From positions 1 to 56,329 of the forward strand of contig JBDKRC010000018.1 in NCBI GenBank assembly GCA_039683575.1: a stretch of 56,329 bases of DNA, written 5' to 3'. The position numbers and the translations under genes were made by a program. Source of the stretch: Armatimonadia bacterium (GTDB lineage: Bacteria > Armatimonadota > Zipacnadia > Zipacnadales > UBA11051). Shown here piece by piece: positions 43,463 through 52,808 of this stretch. The notes below the pieces were generated by a model that saw nothing but the letters and a program-made list of their open reading frames with translations, did no database searches and was not told where the DNA came from. Positions within the stretch are counted from its first letter, which is position 1; each line of letters starts with the position of its first letter.

Positions 43463-45679
43463 ATGGACGATCAGGGCAACGGTCCACGCGAAAACGAGCC
43501 GCAACCAGTTCCGCTGGCGCAATGGGAGGCCACACCTGCCCATGCGGCGTCGTCGCGGGTTGCCCAGGCACTGCTCCTGGGCGCATGGCATGGCGACGGT
43601 GTGCCCTCGGCCAATGGTATGCGCGTCGGCGGGCTGGCCTGGGGGCTGCTGCTGGCGGCGGTCTGCCTTGTCGTCTACCTCTTGCAGCCTGCAGACGCGG
43701 TCTGGGGGGCCATTGTCCGCGACACTCCGGTGGGAAAGTCACTGCTGCTGCTCGTGGTGCTGGTGGGCTTCCTGGTCGGCAATGTAACCCTCCAGGCGCG
43801 CCAGCGTCGCAACCTCTCACCGTCAGTGAGCCGCACAGTCCTGCTGGCGCTGCTGATCGGCGGCATCGTGGCCCAGTGGAGCTGGCGGGCCAGCCCGGTC
43901 TGGGTAGCGGCACTCATCCTCACTCCGCTGCTCGCGGCCATCTGGGCCTATGTGGCTGCCTCCCTGATCGAGCAGGGCCGCAACCCCATTCTGGTGATCG
44001 GAGGAACGTGGCTGGGGCTGGCGATGATCCTGACCGCCGTGACAATGCTGCTGCCGCCACAAGCCGGGGCCATGGTTGTGATGTCTGTCAACCCCCAGGG
44101 GCCGCTGGCCGGCATAGCGCGTGCGCTACCGGGCCAGGGGCTCGCGGCGTTGCCCCAGCTTATCGATGACCTGGGCAGCAGCGACTGGAAGGTAGCACGG
44201 GAGGCCGCGAACGCCATTGTGAAGCTCAACGACCCCGCCAGCATTGAGCCCCTGCGCGAGGTGGCGCTGGACCGGCAGGTCGGCAATCAGAGAATGTTCG
44301 CGCTGTACGCGCTGGGGCGGATTGATGATCCACGCGCCAGGCAGGTGTTGGCCGAACTGTCTCGGACCGAGTTTGGCATGGCCTACCGCGAAACTCGCGA
44401 AGCGGCCACCGAAGCGGCGAAGCAGAAGATGGCTCAGGCCCTGTCTGACCTGCAGAGCCCGGACGCCAGCAAGCGCAAAGAAGCGATGGGGGTTCTCGAA
44501 CTCGCGGCCACCAAGGCGCACCTGCCGGTACTGTTAGGTGCGCTGAGGGACCCCGATGCGGAGATCCGGACTGGAGCTTGCCGGACGTTGGAGCGGCTGG
44601 AGGACCCACGAGCGTTAGAGGGGCTCGTGGTGGCTGCGCGGGACAGTGACAGAAGCGTGCGGAATTGTGCGGTCGGGGCCCTCGCCGAGTTGGGAGACCC
44701 GCGGGCCATACCCGTGCTGTACGAGGCCGCCGTGAGTGGCAAGGAAGATGACCGGCAATGGCAGGCCTTCCGCGGGTTATCGAGGCTACCCGACCAGCGC
44801 TCGGCACGAGCGATGATCCGCTGGATGGTCAGGGAAGAGAATGCGAAGCCAAATTGGGGTCGGGAGGCGCTGGTGCGGATGAAGAGTTGCGCGCGCGTGC
44901 CGCTGATCGAGGCCGCCACGAGCAGTGACTACAAGACCCGGCGCAATGCCATTCCCTTGCTGGGAGAGCTCTACCCCGGCGACGCGCAGGTCAAAGCGGC
45001 AATCAAGCGCGGAGAGGCTATCTTCGATGCGCAGACGCTGACGGTGCAGTTCAAAGAGCGCTATGGCCCCGCCGTCAAGGCTGACCTGCTGTTACGTGCC
45101 GCCAAGAGCAGTGACCCGGCCGTGCAGGCAGTGGCCCGGGATTTCACCGATGACGTATCTGGCGATGCCAACGAAGAGATCCTGATGAAGGCGCGCAAGG
45201 ACCCGGACCCGCGCGTGCGGGCAATGGCAATCAGGACGCTCGGTGAGCGGTATTCTGGCAGCGATGCCGAGAAAGCGGTGCAGGAGGCGCTGAAGGACAA
45301 GAGCCCGCTGGTACGGCGAGTGGCGATCGAGAAGGCGGAGCATACTTTCGGCCAAGGGGTAGTCGATATCGTCGTGCAACACATGCGCAACGATCCCGAC
45401 GTGCAGGTGCGGCTGCTGGCGACGAAGCGCTTTGAAGAGTACGGCGCCTCAGAAGACGACGAACCGCTGATCTATAACACGCTACTCCACGACAAAGACC
45501 CGCGAGTGCGGGCAGCCGTGCCACACGTCATTGAACGCAGTTGCAGGAAATACGAGTGGGCGCATGACGCCCTGATGAAGGCGCGGCAGGACCCCAATCC
45601 GGCGGTGCGCGAGGCAGTGCAGAAGGCCCTCAAGGTCATCGACGAGCATAGGCGGGCCTACGGAGGGTCGCAGCGGTAG
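43463..45679 (+). CDS. Membrane-anchored HEAT-repeat protein
   Basis: Start reassigned to the ATG at 43463 after RBS GAGGGGG. About five TM segments, then many HEAT/PBS-lyase repeats (DPDAEIRTGACRTL, DPDPRVRAMAIRTL, DPNPAVREAVQKAL). Confidence 0.8.
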   Translation: MDDQGNGPRENEPQPVPLAQWEATPAHAASSRVAQALLLGAWHGDGVPSANGMRVGGLAWGLLLAAVCLVVYLLQPADAVWGAIVRDTPVGKSLLLLVVLVGFLVGNVTLQARQRRNLSPSVSRTVLLALLIGGIVAQWSWRASPVWVAALILTPLLAAIWAYVAASLIEQGRNPILVIGGTWLGLAMILTAVTMLLPPQAGAMVVMSVNPQGPLAGIARALPGQGLAALPQLIDDLGSSDWKVAREAANAIVKLNDPASIEPLREVALDRQVGNQRMFALYALGRIDDPRARQVLAELSRTEFGMAYRETREAATEAAKQKMAQALSDLQSPDASKRKEAMGVLELAATKAHLPVLLGALRDPDAEIRTGACRTLERLEDPRALEGLVVAARDSDRSVRNCAVGALAELGDPRAIPVLYEAAVSGKEDDRQWQAFRGLSRLPDQRSARAMIRWMVREENAKPNWGREALVRMKSCARVPLIEAATSSDYKTRRNAIPLLGELYPGDAQVKAAIKRGEAIFDAQTLTVQFKERYGPAVKADLLLRAAKSSDPAVQAVARDFTDDVSGDANEEILMKARKDPDPRVRAMAIRTLGERYSGSDAEKAVQEALKDKSPLVRRVAIEKAEHTFGQGVVDIVVQHMRNDPDVQVRLLATKRFEEYGASEDDEPLIYNTLLHDKDPRVRAAVPHVIERSCRKYEWAHDALMKARQDPNPAVREAVQKALKVIDEHRRAYGGSQR

Positions 45680-45690
45680 GGCTATGGACA

Positions 45691-45724
45691 GGCCGCCCGC
45701 CCGGCCAGAGCCGGGTGGGCGGCC
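45691..45724. terminator. GC-rich hairpin between convergent genes
   Basis: GGCCGCCCGCCCGGC-CAGA-GCCGGGTGGGCGGCC, a 15-bp stem with one G-U pair. Confidence 0.65.
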
Positions 45725-45731
45725 CATGTCG

Positions 45732-47045
45732 CTACCTAAGCAGGTCTTCCAGGCCCGCGACGGCCGTATCCGCCCACAGCTTGCCTGTCCCCATGGGGGC
45801 GCGGACGTGACGGCAAAGGCGGGTCTCATAGCTGCCCTCTCCCAGAGCCTTATCCGTCGCCACATAGCCCACGGTGGCATTGGCAATGCCGATATTCATC
45901 GTCTGCGCAAATGGCGACCGCTGCTTGATGTCCAGGCCGATCTCCGTGAAAACCTCGCCCGGCAGCCCGACGACGCCCAAATCGCCAAAGCGCATGGTGT
46001 GGATCGGAACTGTCCATTCCCTCGGCATGTCGGCACAGAGCGTGAGCTCGCGCGCGTAGATCCACTCGCTGTCCTCCCACTTCTCGCCAGCCTCATATAA
46101 GATGCGCGCTCCAGCAATCTCCTCTGGGGAGGGATATCTGGCCTCGAACTTGGTTTGCGATATTGTCGCACTAAGTGCGATATTGTCGCGGAAGTCATCT
46201 CCGCGCAGGCTGCTCCATATCTTCCACGCCTCGGCAGCCACCACGTTTGCGACGCGTTCGATCTGGTCGGTCGGCCCGCCGGTCTCGCGTGCCGGGCTGG
46301 CGGCATCAATGTTGTTGACATCGCCGAAGGTGCCGTTGGCGAGTGGGGAGACAAACTGCGCGCCCGCGCAGCGGTTCAGCGAGCGCCCGAAGGCTGCAAA
46401 GTAGTCGGCGCAGATGACATTACCGTCGCCCCTCACACCCACGTAGTGCAGGGCCAGATTGCCCAGGGCGGCAATCGGCGCGCCTGCGGGGGTGCGCAGG
46501 ACCATCAGCCCCAGTTGCGGGTCGGTCGGCCCCGCGGGCTCCACTGCCTCAGGATTCTGATGCCCCGGGTTCATCCTGACGGAGCCGTCCTTCATGCGCC
46601 AGCGCCGGTTGTGGACCTCTCCGGGGCAGGAACCTGCCGCATGGGCCATCTGCGCGGGCTGCAGGCGCTTGAGCGCCAGCATGAAGGCATCAGCAATCCG
46701 CGGCGCGACCCACTCGCCATATCCCTCCTCTTTGGGCGTCCCCAGCGCCTCGGTGATGGAGGGACCGGTGTGGGTGTGGGTGCCGGCGATCAGGATGTTC
46801 TCAGGTGCGATTCCCGCGCGCTGAGTGATGATGGCCTTGGCAGCGTCCACAACCTCTCCGGGTATTGCGATCAGGTCGCAGATCACGAAGCCCTGCGTGG
46901 TAGTGCCATCGGAGACGGCGATGGCCTTGGCGTGCAGCGGATCGAGTATGTCCACAGCCTGGCGGTCGTTGAAGTAGCCGCAGATATGCGCGCCCAATCC
47001 CGGCGTGATGTCAATCTGCGCGGCTCCGGCGGTTAGCTTTGACAT
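45732..47045 (-). CDS. Neutral/alkaline ceramidase-like amidohydrolase
   Basis: Start at the ATG at 47045 with RBS GAGGAG. Motifs IDITP, DPLHAKAI, GTHTHTGP, ADYF, GTFGDVN, LPGEVF, GYV...GSYE. Confidence 0.8.
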   Translation of the reverse strand: MSKLTAGAAQIDITPGLGAHICGYFNDRQAVDILDPLHAKAIAVSDGTTTQGFVICDLIAIPGEVVDAAKAIITQRAGIAPENILIAGTHTHTGPSITEALGTPKEEGYGEWVAPRIADAFMLALKRLQPAQMAHAAGSCPGEVHNRRWRMKDGSVRMNPGHQNPEAVEPAGPTDPQLGLMVLRTPAGAPIAALGNLALHYVGVRGDGNVICADYFAAFGRSLNRCAGAQFVSPLANGTFGDVNNIDAASPARETGGPTDQIERVANVVAAEAWKIWSSLRGDDFRDNIALSATISQTKFEARYPSPEEIAGARILYEAGEKWEDSEWIYARELTLCADMPREWTVPIHTMRFGDLGVVGLPGEVFTEIGLDIKQRSPFAQTMNIGIANATVGYVATDKALGEGSYETRLCRHVRAPMGTGKLWADTAVAGLEDLLR

Positions 47046-47076
47046 TGTCCTCTCCTCAAACACTTTGAGTTTGCGT

Positions 47077-48909
47077 CTATTGCGCCGACAGTGTGCTGCT
47101 GCCATAGCCCGGCAGCGTCACCTTGATAACGCGGTCCACAACCTGAGCCTCCGCATCCCCATGCAGGCACTTGCAGATGGTCACTTCGCGGGCCAGCTTC
47201 AAGGTCGCGGTCTGGGGAGTGGGGGTCGGGTTGGTCACCAGTATCTGCGTCTGCCCGGCCAGTCGCCACGCAGCCGCTTGCACGTCCTTGTTATCGACCG
47301 CGACGGGCGGAAGCGGCTCGCCGGTGGTGACGAGTGTGCCCATGCGCAGCGTCTCGGCATTCAGTTCCTTCATGCGCGCCCACAGCGGGGTCTTGCTCAG
47401 GTCCCAGCCGGGATCGTGCATCGAGTACCAGAAGATGCCCTTGGCGCCATTGATCAGCGACAGGTACACCATCGAGAGCGCCTGGTCGTAGGTCGGCTGG
47501 TTGGCCGGCTTGTCCCTGTCCATGACCCAGCCACACTGCAGCACCGCGGTCAGGTGCTGCCACGGCAGCAGCACGGCCTTCGCCGCCTTGACCGTGTCGG
47601 AGACCTGCGTAAGCGGGTTGCGGGGCAGCGGGTACGGGTCTACCTGCAGCATGTCGCAGAAGTTGACCCAGAACGGGAAGCTGGGCGGGCTGGCGATGGT
47701 CAGCAGCACCGGGTGCGCTGGATCGGCTTCGCGGATCTTGCGGTAGGCATTGGCGACCTCGTCAATGATCTCCGGCCGCAGATCAGGTTCATCAATGATC
47801 TTCCAGTTGAGCACGGCAGGGTGGTCCTTGCATGCCGCGACCTTCTGCAGCGTGTCAGGCAGGTTTGCCCCCACCTTGCCCCCGGTATAGAAGGGCACGT
47901 CCATCATGATGCCGGTGCGCTGGCCCTCATCCAGCAGCTCGCGGAAAGCTGCCACACCTGCCGGATTGCCGCCCTGCACGCAGTTGAAGCCAGTGTCGGC
48001 CAGCAACTGGTACTCCGAGGTCCCCACATGGTAGGCGCCGATGGGGAAGAAGGGCTTCCCGCCCACGAGGATCGTGCCGGTGTCAGTAAGGTTCGTCGGC
48101 TTGCGCAGGTCATAGCTGAAGACTTTCATCGAGCCGGAGCCTGAGGCGAAGGTGAGCTTGAGCGCATAGTCATCGGCGGGTAGAGCCGGAAGCTTGACAG
48201 TCACTGCCAGCAGGCCATCCGGCCGCGCCTCGACTTGCGCCGAGCCGCCCGGGATCGTCTCGCCAGCCTGGTTCGTCAGCGTCACCTGCGGCTGCTGGTT
48301 GTTCCAGGCCTCGCGCAGGCGCACATCGGCCTTCACAGTAGCGGCCTTGCCTGCCTCAACCGCCGCGCGAATCGGGTTGAAGGTGACCTCCGCCGGCTCT
48401 TTCGTCATCGTGAAGGTCACATCGTCAAACCACGCCTCGCCGGCTGACATCAGACGCAGCAGAATGCTGCACCGCACGGTGTCAGGGTCTGCCACCGGCT
48501 CCAGCGTGATCTGCTGCCATTCCTCACTGTTGAGGGTCACCGAGTTCGAATACATCCCCTTGGTATTCTCACCCTTGGCGTTGTAGTACTCGATCTTCAG
48601 CGTAGCCTGCGCCTTGCCGCCCTTGACGCCGCGCGCCCACACCTTCAGCGCGTACGTCGCGCCACCCAGCAGCTCCTTGACGCCCTGGGCCACGTAGGGG
48701 TGGAACTGGTCTTCCGCGGCAAGCTTCAGTGAAGTGACCCCGGTGTGGCTGACTGCCTTGTCAGCGGACGCATTTTCGGCTTTGACTGCTGCCCAGCCCT
48801 GCAAGCCCTGCTCAAACCCCGGATTGGCCACCGGCCATTCCTTCGGCACCTGCGCACAGCAGACTGACGCCAGCAGCACAGCAAACAACGTGACTGACAG
48901 TAGACGCAT
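47077..48909 (-). CDS. Secreted CBM4/9-like domain plus clan-A-like glycoside hydrolase
   Basis: Signal peptide, NPGFEQG...W...WFDDV beta-sandwich, catalytic region PFFPIGAYH, HPAVLNWKIIDEPD, VDPYP and GAKGIFWY. Confidence 0.7.
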   Translation of the reverse strand: MRLLSVTLFAVLLASVCCAQVPKEWPVANPGFEQGLQGWAAVKAENASADKAVSHTGVTSLKLAAEDQFHPYVAQGVKELLGGATYALKVWARGVKGGKAQATLKIEYYNAKGENTKGMYSNSVTLNSEEWQQITLEPVADPDTVRCSILLRLMSAGEAWFDDVTFTMTKEPAEVTFNPIRAAVEAGKAATVKADVRLREAWNNQQPQVTLTNQAGETIPGGSAQVEARPDGLLAVTVKLPALPADDYALKLTFASGSGSMKVFSYDLRKPTNLTDTGTILVGGKPFFPIGAYHVGTSEYQLLADTGFNCVQGGNPAGVAAFRELLDEGQRTGIMMDVPFYTGGKVGANLPDTLQKVAACKDHPAVLNWKIIDEPDLRPEIIDEVANAYRKIREADPAHPVLLTIASPPSFPFWVNFCDMLQVDPYPLPRNPLTQVSDTVKAAKAVLLPWQHLTAVLQCGWVMDRDKPANQPTYDQALSMVYLSLINGAKGIFWYSMHDPGWDLSKTPLWARMKELNAETLRMGTLVTTGEPLPPVAVDNKDVQAAAWRLAGQTQILVTNPTPTPQTATLKLAREVTICKCLHGDAEAQVVDRVIKVTLPGYGSSTLSAQ

Positions 48910-48942
48910 TTTCTGAACTCCTTGATATGGTCAGCGGCTTTC

Positions 48943-50790
48943 CTAAAACACCCGTGCGGCGCTCGCCAGCGCCCTGTAACTGAGCCACCTCTCTGGCAGA
49001 TAGGCGCCGCGGGCAGAATGTTCAAACTCGGCGATAGTATCGATCTCGCCCGCCAGGTACTCGCCCAGGCGCTGCTCAAGTTCGCGGTAGCGCGCGGCCT
49101 GTCCTGCGAGGCGAATCTGTATTACCTCCAGGCCAAACGGCTGGCAGCAGGCCAGCCAGCGGCGCCTGAAGGAGGCGGCGAGGCTCTCTATCGAATCCAC
49201 CACGTAGGTGATACGTTCCTTAGCGGCCGCGAGAGCGATACGGTCATTGGCGGCATAGGCATCGAACAGTCGCGCCGCGAGGCTGGTCTTGTCTGCCAGC
49301 ACGTATGCCACCATCGCTGCGTGGCCCAGATCGCCGGCGGCAGTGTCAGTCTCGTAGTGCTCGAGGGCTTCGGCCACCTCAGAATAATGCGCCGCGGCCT
49401 CCCGCAGGACGTCAGTGCCGTCCTGGGCGATGTGACGCAGATATAGGGCTTGTAGCGGGTCGTCCCACAGCACACTGCAGACCTGCAGCCGGTCGTTGAG
49501 GCGCGAAGCGGTGCGGTGTGCGGCCAGATTCGACCCACAGATGGCGGAGAACCGTCGCGAGAGCGCGCTATCATTGACAATGCCGTCGCCATGGCACCGT
49601 TCGGCCATCAGTGCAACCCCCGCCAGGTTCGAGTCCACGTCCCAGTACCCTCCATCATCCGACCAGAGAGCGAAGATCATCTCTTTCAGGCCTGCCTCGC
49701 GGCAGGCGTCGACGCAGGCTCCGCCAAACTCCTCCGTGCGCTGCCAATGGTGCCACGGCGTCGGCCAGCTCCAGATGCCGGAGGCCATGACCGGCTCGTA
49801 GCCCAGGGTCCGATGCGCCGCAATGCGGTCGCGGTAGTGGCCGGGATCGCCGCTGTAGTAGTCCCAGTACGCCAGATCGACGTTCCGGGGCAGCTTCTCA
49901 CGGACCTCATCGGGGATGTGGCTGTCCTGTGAGTAGTGCCCCCCGCTGCCCGCCAGCCGGAACAGCACGTCCGACCACACCATCGGTCGCACCCCGTGCC
50001 GCTCGCAGGTCTCGGCGACGAGTTGCAGGTGTTCGGTGTAGATCTCAAGGCCCTTGCGGTACCCGTGCTGGTCGAGGAACCGCCCCCGCCCCAGGTCGTA
50101 GGTCTCATCCATCCCGACATGCAGCCGCCGGCTCCGGCAGGCCTCGGCCCAGAAGGCGACCATCTTGTCCACGAGTTCCGCCGCCGCCGGGTCCCCGACC
50201 AGCAGCGTATGCTCCGTATCGCGCAATCCCGTATACGGCGGCCACTTCAGCGCCTGCTCCAGATGCCCCAGCGCCTGAATGCTGCCGATCATCTCGATCC
50301 CCAGCGACCCCGCGTAGCGATCCAGCTCCTGCATTTCCTCAAGCGTATAGGCGCCTCGCTGGTAACCAAACGCGGGCTCATCCGGCAGCAGGTACCCGGC
50401 CTCGGTGTAGACCATGGCGGTGTCGTAGCCGAACAGGGCCAACCGCCGCAGCCACTTACGGAAGTGCTCGCTGGTGACAGTGGCGTTGTGGCCGCAGTCG
50501 AGAAGAATGCCCAGCGTCGTGAACGCCGGGGCGGAGCCTGTATCATCATCCAACCCAGCCAGTAGGGACCCCAGGGCCCTGCCCGCCTGTGAGAGCTTGC
50601 CATAGCGCACGGTGGCTACGTCTCCGGCGCGCTCGATCGCATAGCCCTCGCGGTCCGCTTCATGGACGAAGCGCAGACTAGCTTCCGCTGCGCCGGCCTC
50701 CCGCAGCGGGTACTCCTCAGCCAGGCACCGCAGCATTGCGGCGATATTGGCGGGCGTGCCCTCAGCCGCCCAACTCAGTGAGATACTCAT
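48943..50790 (-). CDS. GH20 beta-N-acetylhexosaminidase (cytoplasmic, HexD-like)
   Basis: RGAYTLEEMQELDRYA, IQALGHLE, catalytic HVGMDE, WSDVLF, YWDYY, WSDDG. Confidence 0.88.
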   Translation of the reverse strand: MSISLSWAAEGTPANIAAMLRCLAEEYPLREAGAAEASLRFVHEADREGYAIERAGDVATVRYGKLSQAGRALGSLLAGLDDDTGSAPAFTTLGILLDCGHNATVTSEHFRKWLRRLALFGYDTAMVYTEAGYLLPDEPAFGYQRGAYTLEEMQELDRYAGSLGIEMIGSIQALGHLEQALKWPPYTGLRDTEHTLLVGDPAAAELVDKMVAFWAEACRSRRLHVGMDETYDLGRGRFLDQHGYRKGLEIYTEHLQLVAETCERHGVRPMVWSDVLFRLAGSGGHYSQDSHIPDEVREKLPRNVDLAYWDYYSGDPGHYRDRIAAHRTLGYEPVMASGIWSWPTPWHHWQRTEEFGGACVDACREAGLKEMIFALWSDDGGYWDVDSNLAGVALMAERCHGDGIVNDSALSRRFSAICGSNLAAHRTASRLNDRLQVCSVLWDDPLQALYLRHIAQDGTDVLREAAAHYSEVAEALEHYETDTAAGDLGHAAMVAYVLADKTSLAARLFDAYAANDRIALAAAKERITYVVDSIESLAASFRRRWLACCQPFGLEVIQIRLAGQAARYRELEQRLGEYLAGEIDTIAEFEHSARGAYLPERWLSYRALASAARVF

Positions 50791-50859
50791 GATCGCTCCC
50801 AGAATGCATAGGTCTATGGTGATGATCGGCCGGCAAGCTCATGCCGCTGCGCTCGCCTC

Positions 50860-52635
50860 TCACTGCTTCAGTCGCTGCACCGTGATGGCCACAGGCGAGA
50901 CGCGGGCTTGCCCCGGCACCGCCGTAGCCTGCTGCTCGGCGATGGTGCGGTGCAGTTCGAGGCAGGCGGTCTCATAGTCGAGACCGGTCAGCTCAACTAC
51001 CAGCCGTGTCCCGCGGTCAATGAGCTTCTTGTTGGAGCACTCCACGTTTGCCATCCAGTTGCTCACCAGCCGCCCCAGCTTGCCCATGGTCGCGGTAGAG
51101 ACTGTGTTCAGCACCAACTTCGCCGCCAGCCGGTCCCACAGCCCTAGCGGCGTGGAGGTCAGACGGCAGGGCACATGCAGCGTCTTCCCGGCGCCCTTCA
51201 CGGCAGCACTCGTCTCCCCGATCACGACCGCCAGCCGCTGTTCATAGGCTTCTGCGGCCGTCGCGAAAGCGTTCTGCCACGCCTCCGCTTCCAGTCCAGC
51301 CAACTCATGCGTGAGCAGCACTGCCATCGCCGCATTTGGCTCAACCTCGGTGCGCGAGGCGTCAGTCTCCGAACCGATCAGGAACTTCATCAGATCCCCG
51401 CTCCCTAACGCCGGCTGGTTGGCGATGATCCGTTCCGACGCGCCCAACCTCTGATACAGCGCTGTGTCCCAGTCCAGGCAGCGGGAGGTTCGCCCCAGTA
51501 CCCGCCGCCACGCCTCAGGCGTGGTTCGCGTCGGGTCCTTGACGAAAGCCCACGACGGCGGCGAGACCTGATCATCGGACTTGCGGAAGGGCGGGAGCAT
51601 GAAGGTCGGCGCGCGTTCCGTAGTGTCGGTGAAGATGTCCAGCAGACACTCGCCCGCGTAGTAGGTAATCCGCCCCCCTGCGGCGTATAGCGCATGCTCG
51701 GTGCCGATCCACTCCACTGTTGCAGCCACAGCCTCCGGGCGGGCGAGGTCTGCCAGCAGCGCCTCGAACTTCGCTACCCCGTCCATGGGCGCCAGCCACT
51801 CCGACGGCAGGGCCGCCAGCGCCTCAGCCGGGAGCACCTGCGGCAGCAGACGGGCCAGCGCCTGCTCAAGCGCCGTGCCGACCGCCAGTAGCTCCGAGGT
51901 GGTAGCCTGCATGCGCGTCGAGCCGGTGAGCCCCATCGGACCAGAGGCCAGATCGAGAACCGTAACCGCCGGGTCCTGGATGACGGCCCGCGAGCGCTCG
52001 ATGTGCTCAGAGAGTATCTCCGCGGGGTTGTTGAACACAAAGAACAGCTTCAACCCCCGCTCTTTGCCCTCCAGCAGCGTCCCGATGACCGACGAGGTCT
52101 CCCCGCCCTCGCTGATGGCCACCAGCACGTCGCCAGCGCCCAGCCCACCCTCGATGACCTGCTGCCGGCCAAATGATATGTAATCCTCAAACCCCTCCAC
52201 GGAGCGGATCAGGGCATAGTCGCCGCCGGTCATGATGCTGACGACCTGATCCCCCAGCTTCGCCGCCACCTCTGCCTGCGCGGGCTGCTGCTCGGCCAGC
52301 GTCAGCCAGAACCGGCGCCACATGGCCTCCAGCATGATGCTGAGCCGCCCGGTAGCCCCGCAGCCGGAGAAGCACACGCGACGGCCGGCCGTAAGGGCCT
52401 CAACAAGCGTGGAGACCAGCCGCTCCATCTCCTCGCTGACCAGTACCCGGCGCGCCAGCACCGCAACGTCCTGGTCAACCTCCTGCAGCATCCGCACACC
52501 TGCGGCACAGTCCCGCTGCAGCGTCTCCGCCAACCCCCGGGTCTTCGGGTGCGGCTGCTCGGTGGGCAGCATGCCCAGATGGAACTGGGTTTCCTCGGTC
52601 AGAAAATGCTGTGCTTGACGGCGATAGTCGTCCAC
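50860..52635 (-). CDS. MurQ/glucokinase-regulatory-protein-like double SIS-domain sugar-phosphate protein
   Basis: TEQPHPKT..L, SGCGATGRL, SVEGFED, GSTRMQAT, KLVLNTVSTATMGKLG...SNKKLIDR. GTG start at 52635 after RBS GAGGAG. Confidence 0.8.
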   Translation of the reverse strand: MDDYRRQAQHFLTEETQFHLGMLPTEQPHPKTRGLAETLQRDCAAGVRMLQEVDQDVAVLARRVLVSEEMERLVSTLVEALTAGRRVCFSGCGATGRLSIMLEAMWRRFWLTLAEQQPAQAEVAAKLGDQVVSIMTGGDYALIRSVEGFEDYISFGRQQVIEGGLGAGDVLVAISEGGETSSVIGTLLEGKERGLKLFFVFNNPAEILSEHIERSRAVIQDPAVTVLDLASGPMGLTGSTRMQATTSELLAVGTALEQALARLLPQVLPAEALAALPSEWLAPMDGVAKFEALLADLARPEAVAATVEWIGTEHALYAAGGRITYYAGECLLDIFTDTTERAPTFMLPPFRKSDDQVSPPSWAFVKDPTRTTPEAWRRVLGRTSRCLDWDTALYQRLGASERIIANQPALGSGDLMKFLIGSETDASRTEVEPNAAMAVLLTHELAGLEAEAWQNAFATAAEAYEQRLAVVIGETSAAVKGAGKTLHVPCRLTSTPLGLWDRLAAKLVLNTVSTATMGKLGRLVSNWMANVECSNKKLIDRGTRLVVELTGLDYETACLELHRTIAEQQATAVPGQARVSPVAITVQRLKQ

Positions 52636-52808
52636 GCGATCACTCCTCAATCGTACGGCCAGATGGTGCCCTCTTCCACGGCCCCTCGCTCGATCCCTCG
52701 CTGTCCGGCGGATTCGGGGGAGGAAGCATGGGGCAGAGGGGGAACACCTACCACAGGTCGGGCAAACTCACCAACGATGCTCTCACTCACGCCGGAGGTC
52801 GGCAGAAG

